Shown piece after piece: positions 1 to 13,115 of a stretch of DNA of 64,000 nt (its first letter is position 1; each line of letters starts with the position of its first letter). The stretch is taken from assembly GCF_001194135.2 (NCBI RefSeq), contig NC_068998.1, positions 23,854,185-23,918,184 of the forward strand, in the 5' to 3' direction. Under the pieces are notes generated by a model that had not been told where the DNA came from, ran no database searches, and saw only the letters and a program-made list of their open reading frames with translations. Made by a program: the position numbers and the translations under genes. Source of the DNA: Octopus bimaculoides. Lineage: Eukaryota.

Positions 1-103
1 TGCGCAAATGAGGACATAAATGGGGTTAACAGAGGAACAAGAGAAATTGGTTTTGATTTTAAACTTTGTTCCTCGTTTGAAGGTAAATTCAGAGCCTTCA
101 AGT

Positions 104-142
<39 letters not shown>

Positions 143-1721
143 ACAGACTTCTTTCAATTTCTGCCTACCAAATCCACTCACATAACTTTGGTCGGCCCGA
201 AGCTATGGTAATTAATTTCAATAAAAGTTCTTTTTAGAGATCTAATCTTCCTTATCCGGGCCTCCAAGCAAGTATCCCGTCGCCTGCAGGAGATCTCGCA
301 TCGGTAGGTCCGGAATGACGTAAGTAAAATCCTCTTTTTAACAGGTCCTTTCGACCTCCATGACTAAGCTATGATTTATGACCTCCGCAGCCACCTGCGG
401 AGGCCAACATGGATGTAAAAATTCACCTGGAAGAGATATTCTTTGAGCAGTGAATAATGAAACTGCCTGCATGATGGCAGAGTAAACTGGAATGAAACAT
501 TAATTATATCATTGATAATGAATTTCTAGGTGTTTAAAACTTATTTCGCTACACGCGTGCGCGCACATACTCATGCATACACACACACATATTAATATAT
601 GATGCATGCATCTGACATATGCCCGGTTTTCTGTGGCTTCCGCTCATTTTCCGTCTTCCAAACTGTATCTATTCTCTATATGTTATTAACCTAAAACTAC
701 ACAAATCACTTACTGGAGCAGTAAGACATTGGCATCGAACAACTCTTCCTCTGATTGTCTGCTTTGTCCCCTGCCTACAACAATGTATATAACCTACCTT
801 CATTTACTCTGGTAATTCTTTTCGCTCTTTGAACTCTTGATCATGCAACAGTGTGTTAATGCTCATTAAGTGATTCGCTATTTTGCATTCAAGTACACTT
901 GAATGCTTTATTCGCAGCATTCATTCATTGCGCAACTATCGATAGTTTGATGCGGTTTGGTTTTCTCCAACTCGAAATGTCATCGTGTTACCTGGTCAAT
1001 GAGAATGACTCATATATTTACATCCTTTCTGTTCGGTCAAAATACCCAAATATTTTTCGTAGATATAGCATGTCTTTATTACTGCCCTGCCTTTGCTACT
1101 CAATACATACACAAATACCGTTCATGTGAGTGGATGTTAATCAGTTCATTAATTAGAATACCACAAGTGACCGGATTGTTTTAATTACTCCTTATAATAG
1201 TATCTGTTCAGATATATCTTTGGATGTAAGAACAACCATATTGAAAAACTAAGGGGATCATACGAAGATGTAACTAAAGAAACAAAATTCTTGATGCTTA
1301 CAAAAGTATCTCAACGCTATTGTGAAGTATATTTCAAAAAACAAGATATAAACATCATCAATATTTTTCACATAATTTTGTACAGTTATTTGTTGTTTTG
1401 TCCCTAATACTATATATACACTTGTTCATAAATTTAGACACACTGTTCCTATTTGTCTTATGAAAATAATCGTGAAAATGTAGATGCTATAGTTTTGGTG
1501 GATAAAGCAATTTTTAACGTTCAAAATGGCTTTTCTGTGTTTTTTTAAGTATTATTACAATTGCATATGGACTAAAAACTTTGTAAGTGCTTTCCTATCA
1601 ATAAGACAAATTGTTTTTTGTATTCTTGTAATGGTTATTATATCTAAAGAGAAGACAGTGGTGCACAAGATGGATTTTAGGGTTTCCTTTTACATTTGCC
1701 GGTTGAGCGGCGTAGGGTTGT

Positions 1722-2350
1722 ATATAGAATGTATTGATAAACAGTGTATCCGGATTACATTTGATAGCTTATATAAAAAAAATAAATAGGCTTTACTTCT
1801 TTAAAAAATAAAGGTTAAACTAAATTATGGCTGGGAGATAAAAGATTACTCCGAGTAGCCACCCTCAGCTTCCACTGCTGCCTCAAGATGGCTCTGGAAT
1901 CTCGCACACGTGTTTCTCACTATATCCCTGGGAAGATCTTCGAACACCTCCTTGATTAGCCTTAATGTTCCAGGCATAGGGATGTTTTTTTCTTTCTCAA
2001 CCACACTGGGCAGTAATCCATGGGATTGCAATCGGCGAGATTAGCTGGTGAATCGTAGAAAATTCTTCAACCACCATTTCTGACTATTTGTACAGGTATG
2101 ACAAGAAACCAAATCCTGCTGCAATACATTTGGCTTCCAAGTAGTAACCTTCTCCGACCAGGGTTTGACCACAGTCTCCGGCAGCTTCAAATAAGAGTTT
2201 ATATTCAGCTTACGTCCCTGAATAGTTGAATGAATTCCGTGAATTCCGGCGTGTAAACGCTGTCGGGATGCTATCTATTTACCATTGCATCAAGCTGTCC
2301 CTGAAGAAAGGAAGCCTTAAAATCGTCAAATTTATTCCTAACAGACTATA
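1722..2350 (-). mobile_element. Tc1/mariner (maT/DD37D-like) transposase C-terminal remnant
   Basis: Minus strand reads ETVVKPW..NVLQQDLVSCHT..SQKWW, then IKEVFEDLPRDIVRNTCARFQSHLEAAVEAEGGYSE* (ORF 1846-2031), the typical C-terminus of mariner-like transposases. Frameshifted; ends approximate. Confidence 0.75.
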
Positions 2351-2365
2351 TATATATAATATATA

Positions 2366-2412
<47 letters not shown>

Positions 2413-3460
2413 CACATGTACACACATAAACACGTACACAAACACGCACCCGCATGCGTACGCGCCCTCATACACACAGCTGTGTGTGTATGTATATTTA
2501 TGCATACCTCTATTTACTTCTGAATTTGTCATCATCCACATGATTGAACATGTGTGCTGTCGTTCGAGCGCGTGCACGTTTGTGGGTGTGGATGTAGGTG
2601 TGTGTGTGAATGGATGCGCGTGCGCTTTAAAGATGTACTAAATAGATTACGCAATAGTATTCCTTATAAATAAGACCTGTAGTCTTAGCACTAATTGTTA
2701 TCACCTCACAAAGAAAATAAGAAAAAATAGCGATGTAATTCAAAGAATTCAGAGATAACACTCAAGGTTAATTCGTATGAAAAGAAGACATTGACACTCA
2801 ATCTTTGCAGGCATCAGATGACTTTTGGCTTGCTTTGGTTTCCGAGAACATAATAAGAGACCGAAGGATGTGTATGTTTTTACCTTAACTGCAAACAAAG
2901 ATGCGACATGCCTCCGTCATTCGATGGGAATTATACTTCAGGGAGGAAATTATTAATTTATTACAATTATCTCTGCTTTGGGGAGATTTTCTAACAATTG
3001 AAATTTATTCGATTTCAATCTTTAACAAAGCGAGAATTTTCAGTTAATTAAGAATGATACACACACACACACACACCTATACACACTTATAAATACATAT
3101 ACACACAATTATAAACACTCAAAAATACACATACACATGAATATGTATACATATGTGTGTGTGCTAGTGCGTGTGCGTGGGTATATGTGTGTGTATGTGT
3201 GCACATTTTCATGTGTCTAAAACGTTTCGAACGTACATGTGCGTTCCCGAACTCAATCATAAGAATGGGTGTGTGTCTGTGTGTGTGCGTGTGTGTATAT
3301 GCGCGTGTAAAAAAGAGAATGACAATTTCCTTGGAATGACAGAAAAAGATTCAACTTCGAAAAAATGGTATTCGACTAATTTCATTCTGCCTACTACCAG
3401 CCAATATCTTTCTCGCAGCTTTGCAAATGAGATCAATGTGAACTCAAAAACACATTTGTG

Positions 3461-3498
<38 letters not shown>

Positions 3499-3678
3499 TG
3501 TGCATGTGAGTGTATGTGCGTTTCTGAGTGTCTGTGCCTACTTACGAATATAAGGAAGAGTAGTGACATTTGTGGAATAAAATTTGCTCGCTGCAGAAAC
3601 TCTTCGAGTCAAAACACAGGTTTTCTTTCCCGACATTCGACAGAGATTATTTTATATGTACTACCTCCTTCTCTCTCT

Positions 3679-3712
<34 letters not shown>

Positions 3713-4082
3713 CTCTCTATCTATCTATCTATTTACCTCTCTCTCTCTCACACAAATGTACACACATGCACACACATACACACAAATGAACTCACACACA
3801 CACTTTGTACATAATCTTTTCTTGTGTCTACATGTGTGTAAAACGTTTTTAATTAATTGAAATTTTCCGCTTCCTTAAATACAGCGAGCGAATAAATTGA
3901 AGCAGTTGTCAGTAAATCTCAAAAAAGCTGGAGATAATTGCAATAAATTAGGAATTTCACTTTCAAAATTAATTTACATTCAAGTGTGAAAGGAAATCTC
4001 GTCTGTGTCTGCAGTATGTTACGTCGTACATGTATGCGCACTTAGTTCCTATGCACACACACACACACACATTTATATAGCT

Positions 4083-4553
4083 TACCGTTTATCTTTCACT
4101 TCCTCATAGACTGCGGCTTTGCTGGGGCATTGCCTTGAGGAATTTTGTAGTCGAATGAATCGACCCCAGTATTTATTGTTTTTTTAAGCCTGTTAGTTAT
4201 TCTCACGGGCTCTTTTGCAGAGCCGCTAAGATACGGGGACGTAAATGCACCAACACCGGTTGTCAAGTGGTAGTAGGGAACAAATACAGACACAAAGGCA
4301 TACACACACGCACACACAAATCCATATATATATATATGTGTGTGTGTTTGTGTTTATGTATGTATGTATGTATGTATGTATGTATACGTGCTTCTTTCAG
4401 TTTTTGTCTACCAAATACACTCAGAAAACTTTATTCGACCCGAGACTATAATAGAAGACGCTTGCCTAATGTGCCACGCAATAGGACTAAACTCGGAACC
4501 ATGTGGTGGTAGGGAAGCAAATTTCTCGTCATACACATCTTATCACAAACTTT
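4083..4553 (-). mobile_element. tRNA-derived composite SINE (family A/C) with internal (TA)/(TG) microsatellite
   Basis: Head module (aaccatgtgg...ccaaat...ctactatagtagaagac on +) and tail module (atcgacccc..acggggacgtaaa..ttgtcaag) are joined by a microsatellite; the same architecture recurs at 5840, 12675 and 16543. Confidence 0.8.
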
Positions 4554-4628
4554 TTCCACCATATTATATGTTATGTGTGTGGTGCGTGTGAGTGTGTGTT
4601 TGTGTGAGTATGTGTGTATATGTGCGTT

Positions 4629-4685
<57 letters not shown>

Positions 4686-5262
4686 GTGTATGTGTGTGTG
4701 TGTGTGTGGAATAGTTTTTGATAACTGTAGGTTATGTACTAGAGAAATTATGTGAAATAATACCAATAAATGAGATGACATGGCAACGATTTTCTTTCCG
4801 TTCTATAATTTCTTTTTATCCCTTAATATTTCGGAAAAGATTCCTCTTTTCAGGTTGAAATAAAAAGAAAACACTGAAGAAAATCGAGCGAGGTATTTCC
4901 AAAAAGGCATTTCATGCTATTCAATTCGGTTCTGTTGTTGATTTGGGATTTATATTATATAATGAGAATACTTTACTTGATTCTCAAGTTAACAATCTTT
5001 AAGTCTTAAACTAAGATGGATAATTCTCCCTTTGTTGCATTTGTCGTGGTGTCGTTCTATCATTATTTCACTGATCGCCTGAAAATGATAGCCTTCCTTC
5101 CGTTTCTTCACTGCTATATAAAGAATGTTCTTTTAGTTTTAAACATAGTTCTAACTAGCACTCAAAACCACCAGTTCAATGGAAGCTAGCAGACCCAAAC
5201 TTTGAAGAGCCTCTCACCGTTCTTCCTGAAAAAGTATACTATACATACATACATACGTGTTA

Positions 5263-5493
5263 TTTCTTTACTACCCACAAGGGGCTACACACAGAGGGGA
5301 CAAACAAAGACAGACAAACGGATTAAGCCGATTATATCGACCCCAGTGCGTAACTGGTACTTATTTAATCGACCCCAAAAGGATGAAAGGTAAAGTCGAC
5401 CTCGGCGGAATTTGAACTCAGAACGTAGCGGCAGGTGAAATACCCTTAAGCATTTCGCCCGGCGTGCTAACGTTTCTGCCAGCTCACCACCTT
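5263..5493 (-). mobile_element. tRNA-derived SINE family B
   Basis: Reverse complement is aaggtggtgagctggcagaaacgttagcacgccgggcg...gagttcaaattccgccgaggtcgac (A/B-box-like) ...ggggtcgat..agtaccag...agccccttgtgg; multicopy in this window. Confidence 0.85.
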
Positions 5494-5839
5494 CAAACAT
5501 ACATACGTGTGTATGTGTTTGTATGCGCGCGTGTGTGTATGCGCGCGTGTGTGTATGCGCTTATACGTATATATTTATTATGTATGTATGTATCTATCTA
5601 TACATACAAACAGGCAGACAGGTAGACAGACATAATCATCATGAATTAATGTGAGCTTTCCATGCTGGCTAAGATTGGACAGGCCGACAGGGCCGGACTA
5701 CGTCGAGCTGACCCCTTTAATGCAATGGAGAGTGGTTGGTGCTTATGTACTAGTGAGGTCACCAAGAAATTTCCAGTTTCTTTTGTACATGTATATGTGG
5801 CTTGGGAAACTCTTTGACCCTTCCACGAGTGATATATGA

Positions 5840-6097
5840 TTTTATCTCATATTTTCCTTGTTTCGGCCATGCTGGGGGGGCACCGCCATAGAGGGTTTTT
5901 TACTTGAATGAACCAACCCCAGTAATTAGTTTTTGTTCAGACTGATACTTACTCTATCGGTATCTAGTGCCTAATTGTTAAGTTACGGGGACGTAAACAC
6001 ACCAGCGGCGATTGTCTAACGGTGACGGTGTGACAGAGACGCACAGACATACACCACACACAAACACACACACACGAACACATACACACGCACGCAC

Positions 6098-6162
<65 letters not shown>

Positions 6163-6322
6163 ACAGGTTTCTTTCTGTTTCCGTCTACTAAATCCACTGA
6201 GAAGGGTTTGGTCAGCCCAAGGTTATAGTAGAAGACACTTGTCCAAGATACCACACGGTGGGAATGAACCATCGAAACCATATGGCTGGAAAGCAAACAT
6301 TTTACCACACAACCACGCCTGC
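5840..6322 (-). mobile_element. SINE family A/C copy
   Basis: Same tail, microsatellite and head modules as 4083-4553. Confidence 0.8.
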
Positions 6323-7119
6323 CCCTATATCTTGTTTTTCAAATATACTTGACGATAACGTTGAGATACTTTTGTAAGCAGCAAGAATTTTGTTTCTTTA
6401 CTTACATCTCGGTATCGCCCCCTTAGTTTTTCAATATGATTGTTCTAACATCCAAAGATATATCTGACACAGATATATCTATTATAAAGAGTAATTAAAA
6501 CAATCCAGTCACGTGTGGTATTCTAATTAATGAGCTAATTAACATCCACTCACAATTATTTAAAATCATCACAAATTAGATTACATATGAATTATAAAAT
6601 AAATGCCCAGCCTCAGATCAACAGCATCAATGCCTAATGGAGTCGTTTCTATATAGAAAACTCTGAAATAACAGTAGGAAGTGATTATTTATGAGGTCAA
6701 ATATACTAAAGGTATTTTCTGGTTCACTGAAGTAAGACATATTTATAGTACTTAAATTTTCATTCTATTTTCATAGGCCAAATTTGCAAAATATTGTGAT
6801 GCTCTGTTATTGTTTTCTTAGTTGATGCAGACATAAATAGTTAATTCCTAATTGATTTAAAACAATTTAGTAGCATTATTAACATTCTTATTTATATAGA
6901 TAGAGACTTATTTTATAATTTATGTTTTGTATTTTTCATTTTTGCTTTATTCAGCCATTATGAAAATCATATGACTGAAATTTATATTATTTTGAAGAAA
7001 TTAGAAAGGGATAAAAACTAACAATATGATTGATTAGTGTGTTTCAAATAAATGGCTAAATATAAACACATTTTATTAAATATGTTTAGAATACTAGAAG
7101 ACAAAAACAACTAGGATGA

Positions 7120-7311
<192 letters not shown>

Positions 7312-10300
7312 TTTGCATTGGCCACAAGGGCTGGACACAAAACAAAAAAGGACAAAACAGTACAAGAGACAAATGGAATTTAGCACTATAGTTGTGTATG
7401 AAATAAGATGAAATAATAACAATTAGCAAGAAAAATTTAAACAATTATGTTCCTCAAAGGCGTGGGGTGGATTTCCTGTCAGGGACAATCAAGAAACCTC
7501 ACACATCCTGGTCACCCCAACCGCCAGGGGCATCTCAGTTAGCGTTACCAGGCCAGGGATATCTGGAAATTATCGATAATCCCCAGCCCGACAGTCCTCC
7601 GGGAGAAAAAAATGGCTAATTAATCCCTCCAGACCCCGAGAACCTCGTCGCTCTTGCCCACCACTATTCCCCAAATCCTACGACAATGTTGAACTTCTAC
7701 CGACCGCATTGCCAGACTAGTAGCGGGTTATGGGCACTAGTTGACACTTCAAGTACCAAGCGCCCTTTCTCGGTCTTCACTTCATCGAAGGCTGAAGTTC
7801 CGTCAATAAGACGAGCTGCGAAAATTCCTAACAAAATTTGACCACACCTGCTTCACCGTTAAGGAAACGCCAGAGATGTCGCAGACTTACCGTATGTCTG
7901 CGAATCATTAACTACGCCATACCCAGTTCTCCACTCAGCGTCTGCTGAGAACAGATGGACCGTCTGTCGAGCAGAATACTTCCTTCCCAAGAAAGCGGAA
8001 GAGCAAGCGCTCCAGCTTGATCAGTCATGAAGCAGGACAAGGCGTGATAGTTAGACGGTAGTAGATTACGGAAGTGATGTACGCATTCACGATCTCCATC
8101 CGAGCCTTCAAGGACGGCTTCCTCTCTGCCTATTTCTCAGTGAGACTGGTCACCCTGCTTGTCACTTTTCCCAGTTCTTGTCCACCTGGAGTTCCGAACC
8201 AAACCAGGCACTGAGCAATTGAAGCAGTCCTTCCTTGCAGCACCCTACGACACTATCGGTTGGCAGCGACCTGCGTCTCCAGGTGACGAACTGAAGGCCA
8301 ACCGACTTCTGGTTAATCTTTGCTCCTGTCACTTCTTCGGACTCCCTTAATCTAGCATCCATCATCTCGATTCCCGAGATTTCCGACACTATTACCGCGA
8401 CGTCATCCATATCAGCTGACACAAACCTTCCCTAACCGAGTTCACGCCGGATGCCTCTCGAAACATCCAGCTTTCGTAGCAATGGCTCCAGAGTCAACAC
8501 GTATAGAAGGGGCGTGAGTATACATACTTAAAAGACCGAACATGCGATTCTAAGCTATTCCGATAAGTGGTTATTTACTTTTACCATGTACAGATGTCGC
8601 TGTACATTGCAGCAATCCAATCTCTGAAAACGGGACCGAAACCGGCCGCCACGAGTACAGCTTCCAAGAATTGTTGGCCGACCCTATCAAAAGATTTTGA
8701 TTTGTCCAAATTGATCGGGCAAGATACCTTACATTCCTCATTCATGATGAAACGCGTGAGGTGGTATTGTCGTGGTTAGATATGTTTAGAATAGTGCAAG
8801 TCTGGGTATCACCGACTAACTTTCCGACAAGCGTCAACCTATTGGCTACCATTTTGGCCAAAATCTTATAATCTGCGTTCAGTAGAATTATGAGCATAAA
8901 ATTGTCTATTTGATCTCTTTGGTTCGGTTCTTTTCACAGCAGCACTACTCTCCCATTCTGTTGCTAGTTGCGGTAGACATCCGCCAAGAGATCACCGAAC
9001 AAGTCTGGCGTATGAAAATAAGGCTCTAAGGGCAGAATTCCCAGCTCCGGAGGCTTCTCACTTCACTTCCCATATATTTTCGGCTATTATAGGCGTTTCA
9101 CAGAACTCTACATTGCTGGCCAGAAGGTACGACATGCTGCCGATGCAGGAGGTGAAATTCACTCCGGTCACCAACTCCTCGTGCGCTCTGTATAGTTCAG
9201 CAAAATATCGCTGAAATCCCACACTCATCTGCTTGGATTCGAATATCATACGGTCTTCCCGGGCCGTCAAAGAATGAAATGTGGCTTTGTTGCCACATTG
9301 AACCTCTGCCAACCGGGTCCATCGAACAGTTTTCCTTTGCTCATGACTTAGCACACGCACCATACCTCTGACGAAACGGTTGTAGAGCCGATGGGGTTAG
9401 TGCTGTTGTCGATGTGCCTGTGATTTTTGTAAGTTGGTTTTCTTTGTGTTTCCGTGTATTTTGGGAGTGTGAGGCCGGATGTCTCTTTTCATTTTTCCGC
9501 GCTTGCGCTTCGTGTTTTCGATTTTGGGCGTTCCTCCACGTCTTCACTTAGTGATGTTGAGGAACTAGATTCCGTGGCGTTCGTCACAGACATGTGTGTG
9601 TGTGTGTGTGTGTATTTGTGCTTATGTTGGTGTGTATGCGTAAGCGTGTGTTTGAGAGAAGAGGAGTTGGAGAGGAGGGTTGAGGAACGCCTTTGGTGAT
9701 CAACTCTATCGATAATCCATCGATGATGGTCGTGGGGATGGTGGAGGTGCTGTTAGGGCTATTATCATTGCTGCTCCTACTATTTCTGCTACAAGCAGCT
9801 GCTGCCGGTCCCTCTACCACCATGGAGCCACCGTTTCTCTGATGGTTGGTGTCGAGGATTTTCGTGGTGCGATTTGCCCATGTGATGCATTAGCCACTGT
9901 TGCTGTTATTGCTGCATCTTTCTGCCATTTTGCAACTGTTGTTGCTATTGTTGTTGTAGCAGTAACTGTGCTTCTCCATCGATATATGGCAGAGTTCCTG
10001 CCATATATCGATGGTGAAGCTGTTCGCTTCCCTCTGCTGTCTTCATCCACTGCTACTGTTGCTTTCAATGCTGCCACTACCACTGCCACCGCTACTACAG
10101 TCGCTGTTATTACTGTTACTGTTATAGCTATCGTCAGAAACACAGTTGTTTCCACTATTGCTGCCACTAAAATCACTCTCACCCGCCGTTACGCGCGATG
10201 GAATTTAAGCTGCATCCATCTCCGCAATCTCATCCACTTCACATAGCTTTCTATAATGTTAGTGTCAACGTTGATTCCGCCACCACACTCTGTCGTCTTG

Positions 10301-10480
10301 CATACTTCTCTCAAGGGAGAATGAGAAGGCAAAAGTGAAGGAAATGGAAGAAAGTCATCAGCTGTAAGAGGGCCGGTGGGAGGAAGAATCTTCCTTTTGA
10401 TTGCTTTTACACTGGCCAGTATTGTCGCCATCTTATAGGCGTATATTTTTTCTCAAACGCCATCCGAGCATCTTTATTTT
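7312..10480 (-). mobile_element. Degenerate L1/Tx1-clade LINE, internally deleted
   Basis: Minus-strand RT motifs: DKSKSFDRVGQQFLEAVLVAAGFGPVFRDWIAAMY (about 8590-8705), PLLYVLTLEPLLRKL (about 8470-8520), SADMDDVAVIVS (YADD-like, about 8400-8422), GAKIN-KS, SLKARMEIVNAYITSVIYYRL and KLERLLFRFL. ORF1-like pieces at 10189-10431 and 9341-9547. Many stops and frameshifts. Confidence 0.85.
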
Positions 10481-11183
10481 TATTTTTGTGAAGCAACATA
10501 TTACCACTTACGCGACTTAAGGATCTTGGTGGCTTACGTCACTGTCTACAAAAAGAAATTACTGTGTCATATAGATGCTATTTTTGACGTTGAGTCCGAA
10601 TTTGTTATTCATTTATTCTAGAAAAATTTTGCGAAATTGTTACATTCAAAGTTTGATCATTTTCAGGGTTTTCAGCCAATCAGAAACAGCATGTTCGCTG
10701 TCTCTTCCATCAGCAGTGGGAAGGGGGATTCGGCATGTCAAAACATTAAACTAGAATTTTATAAAATAAATCATCTTTTTCGATCTCCTTCTCCTTTTTG
10801 TGCGCATGCGCAGCATCCTGGGTTACTATGGAAACAGCTCTTCGCAATTCACTATGCAACATGTGGTGCTTCTTTGCTTTAGTTACTATGCGAAAAAAAA
10901 TTTTCGCCATTGTGATATGCAAATTTTAAAGGCTAATAACCTTTTAATTATGGATTTATATGGGGAAACAATTTCCTTTTCGTAACTAGTATACTAAACT
11001 TAATCCATACACAAAATTTGAAAACAATTGGAACAAAATCGTAAACAGTGACAAAAACCACAAAGATCCCGACTAAACAACAAGAGGCCCCCAGCTAAAG
11101 ATTCTTGGTATTCTTAGTAACAAATTACAAAAAAAAACAATAATTTTAAACGGGACTTACTCAGAGTAAGTATTCCGCAGCAA

Positions 11184-11345
11184 AAAAGAAGAAGAAGAAG
11201 AAGAAGAAGAAGACGAAAAAGAAGAAGAAGAAGAAGAAGAAGAAGAAGAAGAAGAAGAAGAAGAAGAAGAAGAAGAAGAAGAAGAAGAAGAAGAAGAAGA
11301 AGAAGAAGAAGAAGAAGAAGAAGAAGAAGAAGAAGAAGAAGAAGC
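11184..11345. repeat. (AAG)n microsatellite
   Basis: Directly visible run of about 50 units. Confidence 0.95.
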
Positions 11346-12039
11346 TTTCTACTATAGGCACAAGGAAGGCCTGAAATATTGGGAGAGGGAGCTATTTGAT
11401 TACGATGACTCTAGTGTTCAATTGGTACTTATTTTATCGACCCTAAATAGATGAAAGGCAATGTCGATCTCAGCGGAATGTAAAAACAGCCAAAATGCTG
11501 CTAAACATTTTGTCCAGCATGCTAACTGTTCTCACAACATGCTACAGAATATATTTAGTAGAAGACACTTTCCCAAGGCACAGAATAGTAAGACTGAACT
11601 CAGAACAACATACTTGAAAAGTAACCATACTTTCATGCCTGAAACCTACTTATATAGTACGTATCCAAATTATATACAGGATAGCACATTAGAAAGAGAC
11701 AAATCTCTAGAACAGCAGATAGATATTTTCATCAGATTCTGTTTACAATACAATACAGAGAACATTATTATATTGTATTTCCAGTTTGACAAGGAGAATA
11801 CAGTAGTTTCTCTGTGATAGTATGCAGTAGACTTATCATTAGCTTTTCACAAATCCATCCACTTTGGTATAATGTTACTGAGTTAAAATATCAGTTTTAC
11901 AAGCCATATATCTGCATTGCTTTCATACACAATAATGGTTCTTTTTTGAGTGGGTTATAATACTTGGACATGTCCAGAGAAACTATTAATAAAATGGAAA
12001 AAGAAATAGAAAATAATATTGTTATGAGATGTTAGCACA

Positions 12040-12390
12040 AGGCCAGCAATTTCGGGCGAAGGGGCAAATCAATTACATGAACCCCAGTAATCAACTGGGA
12101 CTTACTTTATCGACCCTGAAAGGGTGAAAAGCAACACCGACCATAAATTTGGAAGAAATGGCACAATGCATATTGTCCAGTGCAATAAGGATTCAACTAA
12201 CTTGCTGCTTTAGAAATTTCAGGGTAAGAGATAAGTCAGTTACATTGCCTCCTGTTCTCAACTGGGATTCATATAATCAACCCCGAAAGGATTAAAAGTA
12301 AAATTGCTCCTGGTGGCATTTGAACAGAACGTAAATTTAGAAGAAGTGCTATGAAGTATTTTGTCTGGTGCAGTAATGTTAGCCCTTCTC
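12040..12390 (-). mobile_element. Degraded SINE family B copies
   Basis: Two diverged aaccccag..actgg..tatcgaccc.gaaagg.tgaaa modules. Confidence 0.6.
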
Positions 12391-12674
12391 CTTGACCGAA
12401 CTACGCTAACATATTACTGCTATTTATTGTATCGTCACCTACAAAATGAAAACGAACCCATCTCTGGTATTATTTAAATTCAGAATGAAGAAAACCAGAA
12501 CTAAATGCTGTAAGTACGATTACTTTCTAACTTACTAAGAGGCAATGTAATTGTGACATTTTAGCTGCTAGATAACTGACTTAGTTGTCACAATGTGGTG
12601 TTTTGTTAATGGGAAAGGTACATAATTGCTTGCTTTAGCTTTGTTAATGTCAAAAGATTGTTCTAATTTATATC

Positions 12675-13115
12675 TTTTATCTTTTACTTGTTTCAGTCAT
12701 TTGGCTACGGCCATGTTGAGATCCCGCCTTGAAAGGTTTTAGTCTAACAAATCGCCCCCAGTACTTATTTCTTTTAAGCCTAGTACTTATTCTATCGGTC
12801 ATGTTTACCAACCCACTAAGTTATGGGGACATAAACTCACTAACACTAGTTATCAAGTAGTGGTGAGGGTACGATCATGGGCACAAAGACACACACACAT
12901 ACATATACATGCACATACACACAAACACACACACTCAGAGAAGCCTTAACACACACTTATAAATATATACAATAGGCTTATTTCAGTTTCTGTCTACTGA
13001 ATCCACTCACAAAGCTTTGGTCTCCACTATAGTAGAAGTCACCTATCCAAGCTGTGAGACTGAACCCAGATCCATGTGCTCTGGCAGCAAGCTTCTTATC
13101 ACACAGCCATGTCTG
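12675..13115 (-). mobile_element. SINE family A/C copy
   Basis: ttttatcttttacttgtttcagtcatt...ggggacataaac...(CA/TA)...aatccactcacaaagctttgg...ctatagtagaag...gcaagcttcttatcacacagcca. Confidence 0.8.

Noticed and set aside
9814-10246. ORFs of 122 and 134 aa as novel proteins
   Set aside because: They overlap a trinucleotide-rich linker of the LINE ORF1 region and have low-complexity composition.
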